The notes below the pieces were generated by a model. It made no database searches and was not told where the DNA came from. It saw only the letters and a program-made list of their open reading frames with translations. From the human T2T-CHM13v2.0 reference genome, Homo sapiens, in assembly GCF_009914755.1 (NCBI RefSeq), contig NC_060930.1: a stretch of DNA of 64,000 bases. One strand, given 5' to 3'. Position 1 is the stretch's first letter. Each line of letters starts with the position of its first letter. Made by a program: the position numbers and the translations under genes. Below, piece after piece: positions 47,220-61,100 of this stretch.

Positions 47220-50200
47220 CACTCTGAATTGTTTTATAGCCATTCCCAAATGTTAATGAAAGTCCAAATTGGGGGAAAAAGAGTTCCTGCAGAAAATGAT
47301 AGTGTATATTTACATATACATGTCTTTTCTGTGTCTCTTCACTTTGGTAATTAATATAATTGTGGATCTTTGACATTGATTTTAGATTACTTAATAAAGA
47401 ATGTATTTAAGTGTAGTGCAGAATAGGTTATCTTTAATGTTTGCAAAAAGTGGTACACTGTTTAGTAATATTTAGGTAAAATGGTAAGATTGCCAGTGTA
47501 ATGGGCAGGTTATATGTCTGGAAATAGGCTCAGCAGGAAGTTAAAGGAATCATGGCCTATACTGCTGACAGAAGATACACAACATGCACTATGAAACCCA
47601 CTATTCAGTCTGGGCCCTCTTTTAAACATTTACTAGAAGCCTGTAGATATGGTTGGTAACTCCAGTGTACATAGTAGAATTTATGTGCGTATTTAGGAAT
47701 TTCTATGAGAAACTTCCACATAAAAAGATTTTGTGCAAGATTCATGCTTACAATAAACAGTAAAGGAACAGTTTTGGTTCTGGAAAACCTAGATAAGCGT
47801 TTATTATCTTACATTAAATAAGAAATTGACAAACGTATGTTTAGGTAAATATGGTATAGATGTTTAGGAGACAAAAATGATGAATGAAAATACAATAATA
47901 ATAAGGAATTTTAGAACTTCAGTTATTGCCTCACAAATTTATTAAGTGAATGAAAAATCTAGGAATTTAAATGGTTTTTAGAGTCTTTGCATAAAATGAT
48001 TTTTGGCTGAAAAAAATGTCATCTCTGTCTCTCTGAACAGTGGTAGTCACATGAAATGACACAGTGAAAAGATCCAGAATTGTCTCAGCCAACTCCCAGC
48101 CTCAGTTGTACCACCAAAGACTTACCTCACGTGGGCTGTAAGGAGTAAAAATGTAGTAATATGTTTTCTAAAGTAATAAAATGGCCAAATGTATGGGGCT
48201 AACTATACTAAGGAATAGATAAAACCATAGGATAACAATGGCACTGTGTTACTCAGTGGTAAAATAATTAAACCTATTTATAGTAAAAGCAAGAACATGT
48301 TCTAGAGTCAAACGTAAATTTTGTATACGTTTTTAAGATAACTATATGACATTAAAAGAAGTTGATGGTTAGGGCATAAAGGTTACCTGTTGTTCACCCT
48401 CCTTGAATGTTCCAGGTACCTTTGGCTGAACAGTTTGAGAGGCCTTGAGGAGCCTCAGAGATAATATCCAAGGGAGAAAAGTCAGTGATCCATGTACATT
48501 TATCACTGCATATCTCTTAATATCTTTTTTCCCCTTGCTCAAGCGATTGTTTTACATTTCTAAATGATGTAGAGCATCAGTAGGGTGCTTAGGTTAGCCT
48601 TTGAATAACAAGCTTCTTTTCACACCATAGGTTTCATGATCAAAAATCAGCACTGGGATGTCTGCTTGCACTATTCCCAGGTTTGCTTCCTTGGTTCTTC
48701 ATATCATCCAGACCCCTGAACTGGAAATATCTTGTTAACTCTACACTGTTTAATATTCTTTGGAAATTAAACTACTTGGGCATGTTTAGAGCTCAAATGG
48801 AATCTATGCATTTTGCTTGACAAGGTCGTTGGTTGCTTTTTAGAGCTTACATATTGAAAATCATGTTTGCAGTCAGCTGATAGAGAAATTTCCGTGTATC
48901 AAAGCATTGTTGTGATGAAACCACCTCTGTTGTGAAGATCACCTGAAATAATGTGTGTGAGAGCCCTGTGGAAACCAAAAAGTGCTGTGGGCATTTGAAC
49001 ACTAGACTGTTATGATTAGTGATGAACAGCATCTCAGCCTGCCAAGGGAGAACATGAAACTAGAGAACAAATTTGGTTCCAGGAGCAAGGGGAAATGTAA
49101 TGTGGAATCTCACAGTTTGGGGTTTGTAATTGGGATCTGTTGCTATTATAAGAAAATGTAGTTCAAAAGACACAGGATTTTCTGTTGTTAAAATCAATGA
49201 AGTTAAAAGAGCAGCTGCTTGTAAAAGTTAATTTTATTTGACATCTGCCTTGGTCCCAGTAATAAAAGTGATAGTTCTGTTGAACAACCTGTTCTCTTTA
49301 AAGCTATATCTTTTTGTTGCTGTGAGGTCTGTTTAAATAAATTGTTGCCTTTTGATTTTTAAAAAAAATTTTCCTGATCTATAAATTGTTTATCTCTTAG
49401 AATACATATATAAGCATAACCTATTCATCTTTAATTTACTAGACAAGTGTTGGCATTCTAGATTTTGAGTTGGCACTCTTGGGAGTTATAAAATGCAGTA
49501 GGAGCCATCTCAAATCTTGTATGAAATGAGGAGAATGCAAAGACATTTTGAAAAATATTCCCTATTTATTTTCCATTAAAATAAACATAAATTTGGTTCT
49601 TTGTCATTTTACATAATAAATAATATTTATCTCTTTGTCATTTGTAAGTAATAAATGCCACTGCCCTAATACCACTGTAAGAGAATACTATTCTGGTTCT
49701 TTGAATAGGCAATATTAAATGAAAAGAAGGGACCTAAATTGTACTGATTACCTGTCTTGGATTTCTTGATATTGTCATTCCTCTTGAGTTTTTGTAAGGA
49801 AGCTGAAGTGAGTGGTAGAGGGTAAAAACACCAGAGAACAAAATTGAGCAATATTTTCCAAGTGAGCATTTTTTTCCTGTCATTTTTATGTGTTTTAATT
49901 TCGCCAGTGTTGGGTGAACAGTTCAGAGAAGGGATTCATTATTTTAAAATGAAGCCACCCTCTTGTTCTTCATTTTCAACAGATTGGGCCACCTTTGCTT
50001 TTAAAATGTCTGTTGACTCTTTAAGAACCATTTACCATATTTGCTTACGTATTTACCTCCTTGTGTATTCTTGTTCCCTCCCTTCATGCTCATCATTTGA
50101 AAAAGAAAATCATGAAAAATATGTTCTTCCTACAGGCCCTTTTCAATCCTTTCAAACAATTCTACTTCAAAATAGCAATTGGCTAACAGCAGAATATCCT

Positions 50201-50479
50201 TTAGGGGGTTTTAAGAGCAACAGTCAGCTTCATAGCTGGAGGCAGAGGAACATTTTTTCACAAAGTGAAATTCATTTATTCTAGGTGTACAACAAGAGTT
50301 ATAGGAGCTACTGGTTATGCTTTCTAACTAATCTATAATTGCTTAAAATCAATGTTACACAACTTCAAGTCTATCGGCAAAATTTCTTGTTCCAGCTAAG
50401 AATGGCACATGCCCGACAGATATCTCTAATCTCCCATTCCTTATCCAGAGCAGACATTTCAATATGTACTGTTTCCTGG

Positions 50480-50959
50480 ATGTGGCTTGTAACTGATGGC
50501 ATTTAGGACATACTTCTTGGCATTTGAGGGAACAACAGAAACAAGGTCATTCTCACCTTCTCCTGGCTCCTTCTCTTCTGAAGCAGGCCATAAACCCTAG
50601 CCGACCTCCTCCTGAGGTAGGTTATAAAACCTTCATTAGAGATGTGCCCTTCCTAAACCTGTCTTATATCTGAAGACACAGGGACAAAGAGAAGATTCTG
50701 AACAAACAGGACTTGCTAAGTTCCCCCCAGTTAATTACCATTAGACTATACCCTTTGGTCCTTCAGTCATACTTCTGCACAACTGTCCATAAAAAACACA
50801 CGTTTCCCTTTTTCTTTCGGTCTTCATTTCTGAAGGCTCCCATATCACATAAAACTTAAATTTGTATGTTTTACTCTTGTTAATCTGTCTTTTGTTATAG
50901 GACTCTCAGTCATGAACCTAGTGATGGGAAAGAAAGATAATACTTTTTCTTCTCTACAG
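50480..50959 (+). mobile_element. ERV1 LTR (MER34/MER39-like)
   Basis: CTGAAGCAGGCCATAAA...TCTGAACAAACAGG...CTCTTGTTAATCTGTCTTTTGTTATAGG...CTCTACA end. Confidence 0.65.
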
Positions 50960-51598
50960 AATGAACCCTCAACAGTGCTCTAATGAGCTACTAGTTAATG
51001 ACAGTTGGACATCCCTGTTTTATGCATATAATATGGGAAGGTTTAGCCAGTTCATGGCTTTATCTGCTACTTATTTGCTGATAACACTTAAATCTAAATG
51101 TAAATCTCTCCTGGTCTCTACATCCATATATATTTAGTTACCTCTTAGTTAGTTGAAAGCACCTCAAATTCAGCATGCCTAAAATGAAACTTACAACAAT
51201 TTTCCTTCATTTCCCACCTTCCTCTTCTGTAGCCACTGTCTTGCAGCTGATAGAGCTGTCTACCTACCTGCATGTCCTCTCCATCTTCCCCTTCTCTGAT
51301 AGTCAGTTCTGTGGAGCATACCTTTACATATTTCTTATGTACATGTCTTCCTTTCTGTCCCTACTGCCTCTGCCATAATTTGGCTCTTCATCTTGGATCC
51401 CTAGATCACTGCATGTGCCACCCTTTTGACCTCTTTGCCTCTACTTTAGTTTGCCCTCCTCCAAGCCGTTCCTCACCCTGCTAGAAAATAAGTCAGTTTT
51501 CACTCTCTGCCTCTCTTGAACTATTGCAAACACAAATGTATGCAAAATAGTAGAACATTCGTGTATTTACCTCTAGGAATTAACCAGTGTCAACATAT

Positions 51599-52120
51599 TG
51601 TCAACCTAAAATAATCAAAAGGGTCAGAGTCTAGTTGAAAGAAGGTTTACTCAAGCAAAAAGTTTGGACTAGCCATACGGGAAACACAGACTGCAAAGAA
51701 TGGAAGGCAGTGTTCCAAAGTGTAAAAGCATAGGATTGCTTATATAGACAAAACGTAGGGAAGTTTAACACAATTTCAACATCTTTCTATGTTAGGCTTA
51801 ATGCATACTTACAATGATTTGATTAGTTAAGGCGGTCTTTTTCTTTCTGGAAAGATATTTAACATTCCACATTGAAGATGTAACTGTCATGGAGTCTTGG
51901 GTGCCATCTGGTCTGAGTTAGGTAAGGACAATAAAGAATGCCAGTTAATCTGTAACAAAGGTCAGTGATTGGAAGCAGGGAGGTTTGGTCTCTCCTAGTT
52001 ATTTACAGAACCAATACAATGAAAAGAGAGATAAGCTAAAGTCTAAGAAACAGAATTGCAAACATGTTAAGTGATTCAGTCTCCAGAGCTTTACTTCTTC
52101 CTTGGCATAAATTTAGAGGG
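51599..52120 (-). mobile_element. ERV1 MER4-group LTR (MER65-like)
   Basis: TGTCAACCTAAAATAATCAAAAGGGTCAGAGTCTAG...GTTTACTCAAG terminal motif. Confidence 0.55.
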
Positions 52121-52458
52121 TTGTATGTGCTTCAGAACTTTCTTGGATTGAATCCAAGGAAAGGATGAGAATATCTCTGATAAAACCAAAGCTTTCACTG
52201 TCCCTAGTCTCCTTTCCTCTTGCTTTTCCTAGGTGCAACCAAAATTGCTTCCTACCCCACTTGTTAAAAAGTGTTATTGAATAGAGAATGTAATTCTAAC
52301 AATTACCTTTTCCATCCTGATCAAGTTTATTTTTAGCTATATTAAGCAAATCTAATTTAAGAGGGAAGTCTAAAAAGAAAAAATATTTTCTGTTTGCTTT
52401 ACTCTTGAAAAGATATGACATCCAGATTTTTCTATATTTGAGTGGATTTACCTTATAA

Positions 52459-52774
<316 letters not shown>

Positions 52775-53296
52775 CTGGATTTCAGTGTTTTTAAAACTTT
52801 ATGTCCTTTTTATGTGGGGTGTTTTGAGACAGATATTTTGGACTCTCTTTCAAAATAACTAACCTACCAGGAGCTACAAGTTATTTATTTAGCAATAATA
52901 TCTTGAAAGGTGTTTAAACACACACTTTTATTTTAGCATTGTGATTTAAATAACAAGGCTATTTCTTTACATTGGTCTGAGTCTTATTTGAATACAGTCA
53001 TATTTACACTGTCTGTTCCTTAGTTACTTTATATAAATTTTTGAAGCAGTCTCAGTCTTGGCTGGTTAGGTTTTTTTGTTCTTTTAAATGGCTGTTCACT
53101 GTAAACGACTTTGAACTTTGTGTGTTTGAAATTTTTAATAATGTTGGGAAAATATATATTCAGCCAATATTTCTGCTTTATTTCTAACAATCAATTGGTG
53201 ACCCAACCCCCTCCACCAAAAACCAGAGAGACATAGATTAGAAGGAAGGAACTATGTCATGGTCACTCTTTTGGTAGTGACTGTTATAGTATATTT

Positions 53297-53974
53297 TAAG
53301 AAATAAAAGTAAAATTTTAAGCCCCCCAGCCAAGGGAACCCTAGAGAAACCTTGGAAGTTGAGTTCCCAGCCATGATGGAATGGGAGGTCAGACATGCCT
53401 CATTATGCCCCATCTCTTGCTAACTGCCATTAGGCTAAACAGAAATGAGCCCTCAGGAAAGACTCATTCCATCCCTGATATCAACCAACCACCTGATGCT
53501 CACCCTTCCCTTTGCAGTTTCCACACAACAGTTTACCAACATTCCCTCCTGACAAGAGACTACTAACTACAGAGTGGTTCAGGCCAGTCTATGGAGGATG
53601 CGCAGTGAGGGTTTTCATGTTCTCTGCTTCACTATCCGATGCCGGAAAGCTCCACCTTTGGATCATGCTAATGCCGCGATTTTTTTACACGTGACTCATG
53701 AAGGGACGTGAACCTTAATTGCATGTGTGCATGCTTCTCCTCTCATAAATATTCATGACTCCTCCTATAGCTTATTAAATATGTGTATTTGGCTACCCTG
53801 TTCAGCATAAATTCCTATTTCCTTTGCTCCTCCCTCGAAGTGTCTGTTTCTGGCTTCCGGGCAGAGGCTACACTTCCTAGTCTATCAGAATGGCCATCCG
53901 GCAGGCTGCAACCCTTTATGAGAAATAAAGCTTCTCCTTCCAGATTTATGAACCTCATCCTTTTTCAGTTGACA
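53297..53974 (+). mobile_element. Solo ERV1 LTR (MER72/MER49-like)
   Basis: (T)AAGAAATAAAA...AAGCCCCCC start; AATAAA near 53923 and CAGTTGACA end. Confidence 0.75.
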
Positions 53975-54643
53975 ATCCATAATTTGAGTTTTGGACTGCT
54001 AGTTTTGGGCTACTTGTTTCTTTTGAACCAGGAGGTCACAGTTTCAACTACATTGCAGGGTAGTGCACTTGCCCTCATTTTAACAGAAGGTCTTGGATAT
54101 TCCATTTAGCTGGAAATGAAAAGAGAAACGCGTATGACTCCTCTCCTTGATAGGACATATTTACTAATGAAAACAATTAGAAATACAAGACCAAAAGGAT
54201 CAGTGTCTAGGGCAGACTTTTCTAAACCTATGCCTCTGTTGGAAATATTTCAGATGGGTAAACCTTACATTCACTCTACAAAACTTAGTGAGTACATACT
54301 GCATGCCATACCATGTGCTGTTCTAAGCAGTCGGGGGAAAGTGATGACAAGATGGAAGAGGTTCCTGCCCTGACAGAGCCTATATTCTTGTGATGAGAGA
54401 AAGACACAGTAAGAAAATTAATCAGATAATTTCAGATAGTGATAAATGTTGTGAGGTACCTGAGTAATGGTTAGAATACCCTGCTGCTTTACGAAGAGTT
54501 AGGGAATACCTACTGCTTTACCAAACCTTTGTTGGGAAAGTATAGATTTAGTCAATATTTCTGCTTTATTTCTAACAATCATTTAGTGACCCAGCCCCCT
54601 CCACCAAAAATCAGAGAGACATAGATTAGAAGGAAGGAACTAT

Positions 54644-54943
54644 GGCTGGGTGCAGTGGCTCACGTGTACGATCCCAGCACTTTGGGAGGCCAAGGCGGGT
54701 GGATCACTTGAGGTCAGAAGTTCGAGACCAGCCTGGACAACATGGTGAAACCCCATCTCTATTAAAAATACAGAAATTAGCTGGGCATGGTGGCACACAC
54801 CTGTAATCCTAGCTACTCAGGAGGCTGAGGCAGGAGAATTGCTTGAATGCGGGAGGCGGAGGTTGGAGGTTGCAGTGGGCCAAGATCACACCACTGCACT
54901 CCAGCCTGGGTGACAAAGCAAGGCTCTGTCTTAAAAAAAAAAA
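54644..54943 (+). mobile_element. AluSx inserted within a local duplication
   Basis: TSD GAAGGAACTATG at 54633-54644 and 54944-54955. Confidence 0.93.
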
Positions 54944-55383
54944 GAAGGAACTATGTTGTGGTCAATCTTTTGGTGGTGCGTGTTATAGTATATCTTGAGA
55001 AATAAAATTCTAAACCCTTGGTAAAGCATCAGTTACCCTTTACCAAAGGTTAGGGAAGGCCTCTGTGAGGAGGTGATATTTGAGCCAAATCCCAAATGAT
55101 GTGAAGAAATTTTCCATGAAAAAATTTGGGAATCTTGAAGACTAAAAATCTGTGAGGTAAAGTGAATCTTGAAAAGTGCTGTCCTGTTTTGAGGGGTGAG
55201 GGACTCAAAGGAGACAGAAGTGCTCTGAGATTAGGTGAAGGCTTCTGGCCATGCCAGCAACTAGTTGCTTGTGGCCTGAGGAACCTGCTTTCCTCATGCA
55301 TAAAATGACAAAGTTGGATCAGGCACCTCCAGACTCCCTTTTGTCTCTTGTACTTTGAACGTATTTGACATTTATTGGCATTT

Positions 55384-55471
55384 TTCTTTATTTTTATAAT
55401 TTACAAGGGTACAAGTGTAGTTTTGTTACATGGATATATTGTGTAGTGGTGAAGTCTAGAGTAACCACCTG
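55384..55471 (-). mobile_element. Extremely 5'-truncated old L1 (L1PB/L1MA-like 3' tip)
   Basis: AAGGGTACAAGTGTAGTTTTGTTACATGGATATATTG; TSD ATTTATTGGCATTT at 55370-55383 and 55472-55485. Confidence 0.8.
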
Positions 55472-58400
55472 ATTTATTGGCATTTAATGGAGGATTATTA
55501 GTTGGTAAAATGCATTATTTTTGTAACCAGATAGATGTCAAAGGGCAAAATTTACCCAGTAATACTAATTTTTAAAATGAGATTTATATAAGAGTTAGTT
55601 ATCTGTTAACACTTGTCTAAAAACAGTGGAAACTGTATTGGTTAATTCAGTGTGCTAATATAGTTTTAATAATGAAAGGACATCTTAACTCACCCCTAAC
55701 CTTTCAACGATAATGAGAAATAGGCTATAAGTTATGCCAAATTCTATGATGGTTCCCATGAAATAGCCCAAACTTAAACAACTCGTTTAGGCTTTGCAGA
55801 TGCAAACTGTGATAGATCTTCCTTCTCTTTCATTCTTGGTGATTTATGTGTCCGGTACATTGTTGTGTTTTCTATAAAAAGAAAAAAAATTAAAACATAG
55901 TTGGAAGCCAAAGTCGATTTAACCTGGATAGATATAGCTTTCTAGTTGTAGAGGAAATGCTAAAAATCTCATTGTGACAGTGTATTGCTTTCTTGGAAGG
56001 CTTGATAATTGTTACTTAGTTTAGTTTTGATTTATACTTAGTTTTGCTCAAAGCAGGAATTTGAAAAGCTTTATGAAACATAGACATATACTTTCATTTT
56101 TATCAATTAATGAAATTACATACTTGCTAAACTAAACATCTGTTGTGTTGCAAGTGCTAGGGATGCAGTTACCACTCACAGTCCAGTGGATGTAAGTAGT
56201 AACTACGTTAGCTCAGAGAAAAATTTCAGAAGAAATGGAGCCAACAGTTCCTAAAATGAAGTTTGAATTCTGTCAGCAAAAGGTTAGCAGATGGGTTTGC
56301 CACTTTAAAGAGCTTTGGAATAGCTTTATTACTTCATATCCTTAACATGAAGAGATGCATGCTCTTTTTGTAAGCGCTAATTGTTTTAAAAGTTGAAAAG
56401 AAAACCTTTGGAAAACTCAAAAATCTTCCTTGAAATAATTTTACTCAGAGCATTGGCCTCTCCCTGGTTTAGGAATCATTCTTGCCAGAGATTCAATCTC
56501 GAAAGTAAGTTGGAGGTGGGAAGGGGAGGTTGGGAAAACTCAAATCATCAAGCACATGTGTTCCAGAAAACTGGAGCTATGGAAAATTTCTACCTGATGT
56601 GCTGTCATTGTGTTTTGTGGAATTGGCAGAAGCTGTATAGCCAATCATTCTGTGCCTATTGTTTCAGTAATGCCACCTAAAAGGAAAATTTTAAGAAAAT
56701 GTCTGATGAAAGACTGATGTAATAACTTTACCCTGGGAGCCAGAGGGAATTACTAGATGATTTTAATTAGGGGTGTGGTTAACTTTCATTTTGAAAATTT
56801 CACTCTGACCTTGGTATAAATTAGGGAAGGGGCAAGAATGGCAGCAGAAACAACAGTGGAGATGTATTAATAGTTTAGGGAAAAGGAAATGAAGACTGAA
56901 ATTAAGATGAAGGGGTAGATTTGAAAATCTTTCCTATATGGACTTAACAGATGTCTAGAATATTTTGCTGTTACTGAGTTGTTTTTTGTTTGCCTCTATT
57001 AGAAAGCATACTATATAGATTGACAGAAGTGACTGAAAAAGCCCACTCTGTCTGCTCTGTTTTCAGAGAACTGACTTTTGAAATGTCTAGATAAATCATT
57101 TAAATCGTTTTAGAACACAGCTTTGGTTCTGAGACATGAAATCTCTTGAACAATGAAAATGGCATTTTGTAACAGGATTTGACGTTAACAGATAAAGGAT
57201 GTATTAAAGTATTAAAGTGTTTTGTTTATAGAATTTGATAACCTTGATAACATCTTATATGTTACATATATGTTACTTAGTATTTTTTTAATACTTAGTA
57301 CTTAGTATTTTAATACTTAGTATTTTTCAGGGATACTGAAAGTCTGTTGATTGTGCTAAAATTGCAGCAGATTAATTGTCTCACTTTATTGTATTTTAAA
57401 TTAGTAACTGTCGACGTGTTGACTCTTGTACAAAATTGGGAAAGCTTCTCCATTATTATCAGAATATGGCACTTTGGTCAACTTTTTTTCAAAAATATAA
57501 AAGATATTTTTAGATGATAGTTTTATTTGCATAATATAAAAATTAGATTTGATGAATTAAATGTCTGTTTTCCATTTTTAGGAAATTGTAATTAATGTTT
57601 GAAAAAAATTAAAAAGAGAGGATACACTATATAAACCCAAAGGATATCTTTCAGTTTGTTGCTTGTCTTAAGGTTCTTTTTTGTGAATTGTTAAATGATT
57701 GATTAGTAAAATATGAGAACCATTTTGATCATAATTAAATCTTGAAGACATTTATCTTTTATTTTTGTTTTGATGTTTTATTAAGTTTACCTCAAGCTAT
57801 CTGATTACTTTGAATGAATGTCTTTAATTTCCTTGTGTCAAATTCTTATAAAAAGGTATTCTCTTAAGAACAGAGAAGAAAATAGAGATACATAGATATA
57901 TAATTAATATTATTGTAATAAAATAGATCATAAATTCATATTTTGATGATATGCTGTCAAGTTGGTACACAGTATTGGCTCTGACTTCTTATTTCCTAGC
58001 TCAATTTGAGGTCATATTTCAATATTAAATACTTTGAGTTGCTTCTGTATACTTAAAAGATATCCTTGGTTCCTTATAGTCATGTGGCTGACAGAATAAA
58101 GTACATACACTTCTGTATGTAACCAGTTTCACAGTGGCTTAGCTATAAATCAGAATTTATTTTCCCAATTTATTCATCATCTTAGGACTCAGTACTACAA
58201 GATTGGTTATTATACAATTTTACATTTAGAAGTTTTTCCATTTTTATTTACAAAGATAATAGTCTCATAAGTGAATGCTTTTTCATGAACTCAGGACACT
58301 CCCTTTTACTCTCTGTTTTGCTCACCTTTTTCTTTACTTTTAAACTTAGTGACATACCCTATGTCCTTAGAACCATGTAGCCAGCTTTGATCACGTAATG

Positions 58401-58565
58401 TGTGAGGTTTTTATATAATTTCTTGATTTGAAAAAAGAGAAATAGAACCTTATATTTTTAAGTATTGCCTCCCTATCTGCCCTTCAGCTCGTTTTACATT
58501 TAGTATTCAAATATGTTCGGTGTTCGGCCTTTGCTGTTTTTACTAATTTTCTTCCCTGCTTTTAG

Positions 58566-58633
58566 TTAACAGCCAGGTCCTTGCCTGCTGTGCAGTCTGA
58601 TGAAAGACTTCAGCCTCTGCTCAATCACCTCAG
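58566..58633 (+). CDS. PRIM2: Internal coding exon (68 bp, phase 0 in / phase 2 out) of DNA primase large subunit p58; probably exon 8
   Basis: Translates to LTARSLPAVQSDERLQPLLNHL(S), recognised as human PRIM2 (about aa 232-254). Branch point TACTAAT at 58541-58547, polypyrimidine tract, TTTTAG acceptor and CAG|GTAATA donor are present. Cannot distinguish PRIM2 from its segmental-duplication copy. Confidence 0.93.
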
Positions 58634-59085
58634 GTAATATAAAGGCACAGCCTTGTTATGCTTATAAATCCAAGTGCAGTAAAGTGAATAAAGTATATTA
58701 AAGTGGTGAAACCCCTTCAATTACTAAAAACTTATTTTTTTTTTCTTGCTTTCATTCCATTATTCAAATTGAAGTTCTTAATACCATGTACTTGTTACCC
58801 TTACTTTATTTAGGGCACTGTAGAAAGCTCTTTTAATTCAACAACAGTGTGCTGAACTGCTTGATAAGTTTAAGTTAAATGAGTAGAGATAATTAACTTT
58901 ACAGAAAGATCTCAAATGAATGAGCTATTTACGTAAATACAAGGTTAAGGCATACTTTTATTGAGGATAGATGAGTTAGATGGAGTTTGTTTCTAAATAC
59001 AAAAATAATATAGTCTCATTATTTAAAAAAGTTAGAAAATACAGGAAAGGAAAAGGAAAAACCTATCATTACTACTCAGAAATAA

Positions 59086-59655
<570 letters not shown>

Positions 59656-60944
59656 TAATGCTATATGTTAACCTTTATTTGTATTTTAGATCATTTTCTT
59701 AGGGTAGGTTTTCAGAATTGGAATTACTTTGTCAAAGGGTGTGAACCATTTTAAAGATTTAAGTGTATATGTATATTTCTTTTTCAAAATCTTATTCTAC
59801 CTATACACTTATATTTGTATAAGACTGCCATGTAACTATACTCTGAACAAGATAGGGCAGTCAAAACAGTTGCTAATAGGTTAGACATAGAGATACTATT
59901 GTGATCCTGTGCATTTTGTTGGTAATAATAATTCATTTTCCTTATTTTTGAGGTGGGATTAACTACCTGTATTCTTTGCTCACTTATTGATAGCATCTCC
60001 TGATCTTATTTGCTTTTACATACTTTAAAGGATAGTGACTCTTTGTTGTATTTGTTACATACTTTTTTTCTAAAATTCTAAAATTGTATTAGTCAACATA
60101 CCTACATTTTCAGGTTTTATGTAGTCAAGCACCAATAGTGTTTTCCTTTATGGTTTTGAAAAATTCTTTTTAAACTTCTCTTTCAGAAGTGTGGATAGAT
60201 TTTTACTTTCACCAGAAAGTTTTAGTTTTAGTTTTCTTTTTCTTTCTTAGTATTTCTTTATTTTTCCTTTCTTTCTTCCTCCCCTCTCCACTTTCCTTGC
60301 CTTTTCTTCCTGCTCTCCAGTAACTGTTCCTTCCCAGACAGCTTTTTAACCTTTGTATAATTGTTTTGTTGGGTTACGAAGAAGTCGTAACCTTTGTGTA
60401 ATTGTTTTGTTGGGTTGATCAAGTCTAATATTTCAGCAGGGACTGAATAGCATACATTTTTATGTATAACAACATTTATACATGATTGTTAAATTTACTA
60501 GAGCTCTGTGTTTGCGAGTTAAGAATCTCAGAAATTATTTTTTGAGTCTCTTGCTTAATGCCCACCTGCCGCATTCAACTCTGTTGGCAATTTTATCTCT
60601 TGAGTATATCTCTTGCTATCATAGCATCTTGTCTGTTTGCTTTGCCCTTTCTAATATATTTCACATCATTGCCATATGTGTTTATATTATTCACTGGCTT
60701 AAGACCCATCTCTGCCTCTCCAATTTCATTCTGGAGGAAGTCCGAACTTCTTAGCCTGGCATAAGAGGTCCTTCTGGAAGAGGCCTGGGCTGTCTGTCTC
60801 TTTGGACTCCTGTTTTAACACTGAGATCCTAATTTCACCAAATGCTGTGAAGTTCCTTCAACACAACATGCTTTTTGCTCACTCACCCCTACGGCCTTAC
60901 AAATATTTTTCCTTCTGCCACTTCTATTTATGTAAATTTGTAGA

Positions 60945-61100
60945 TATATAATATATATAATTTTAGAACATTTTAAATGTATTTAACATAATTTTAATAT
61001 ATTTTAAATGTATTTAATATAATTTTAAAACATTTTAAATATATAATGTAAATATATATTTTAGAAATATATAAAGTATATTGTAGATGTATATACATAC
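60945..61100. repeat. AT-rich low-complexity tract with a degenerate ~30-bp unit (about 3 copies)
   Basis: AATTTTAGAACATTTTAAATGTATTTAACAT-like unit repeated. Confidence 0.7.

Noticed and set aside
49844-50284. 146-aa ORF with a signal-peptide-like N-terminus
   Set aside because: Non-ATG start, composition typical of T-rich intron, no recognisable homology.
60347-60416. Repeat-spacer-repeat as a CRISPR-like array
   Set aside because: Only two repeats, a 12-nt spacer, primate intron context, and no cas genes.
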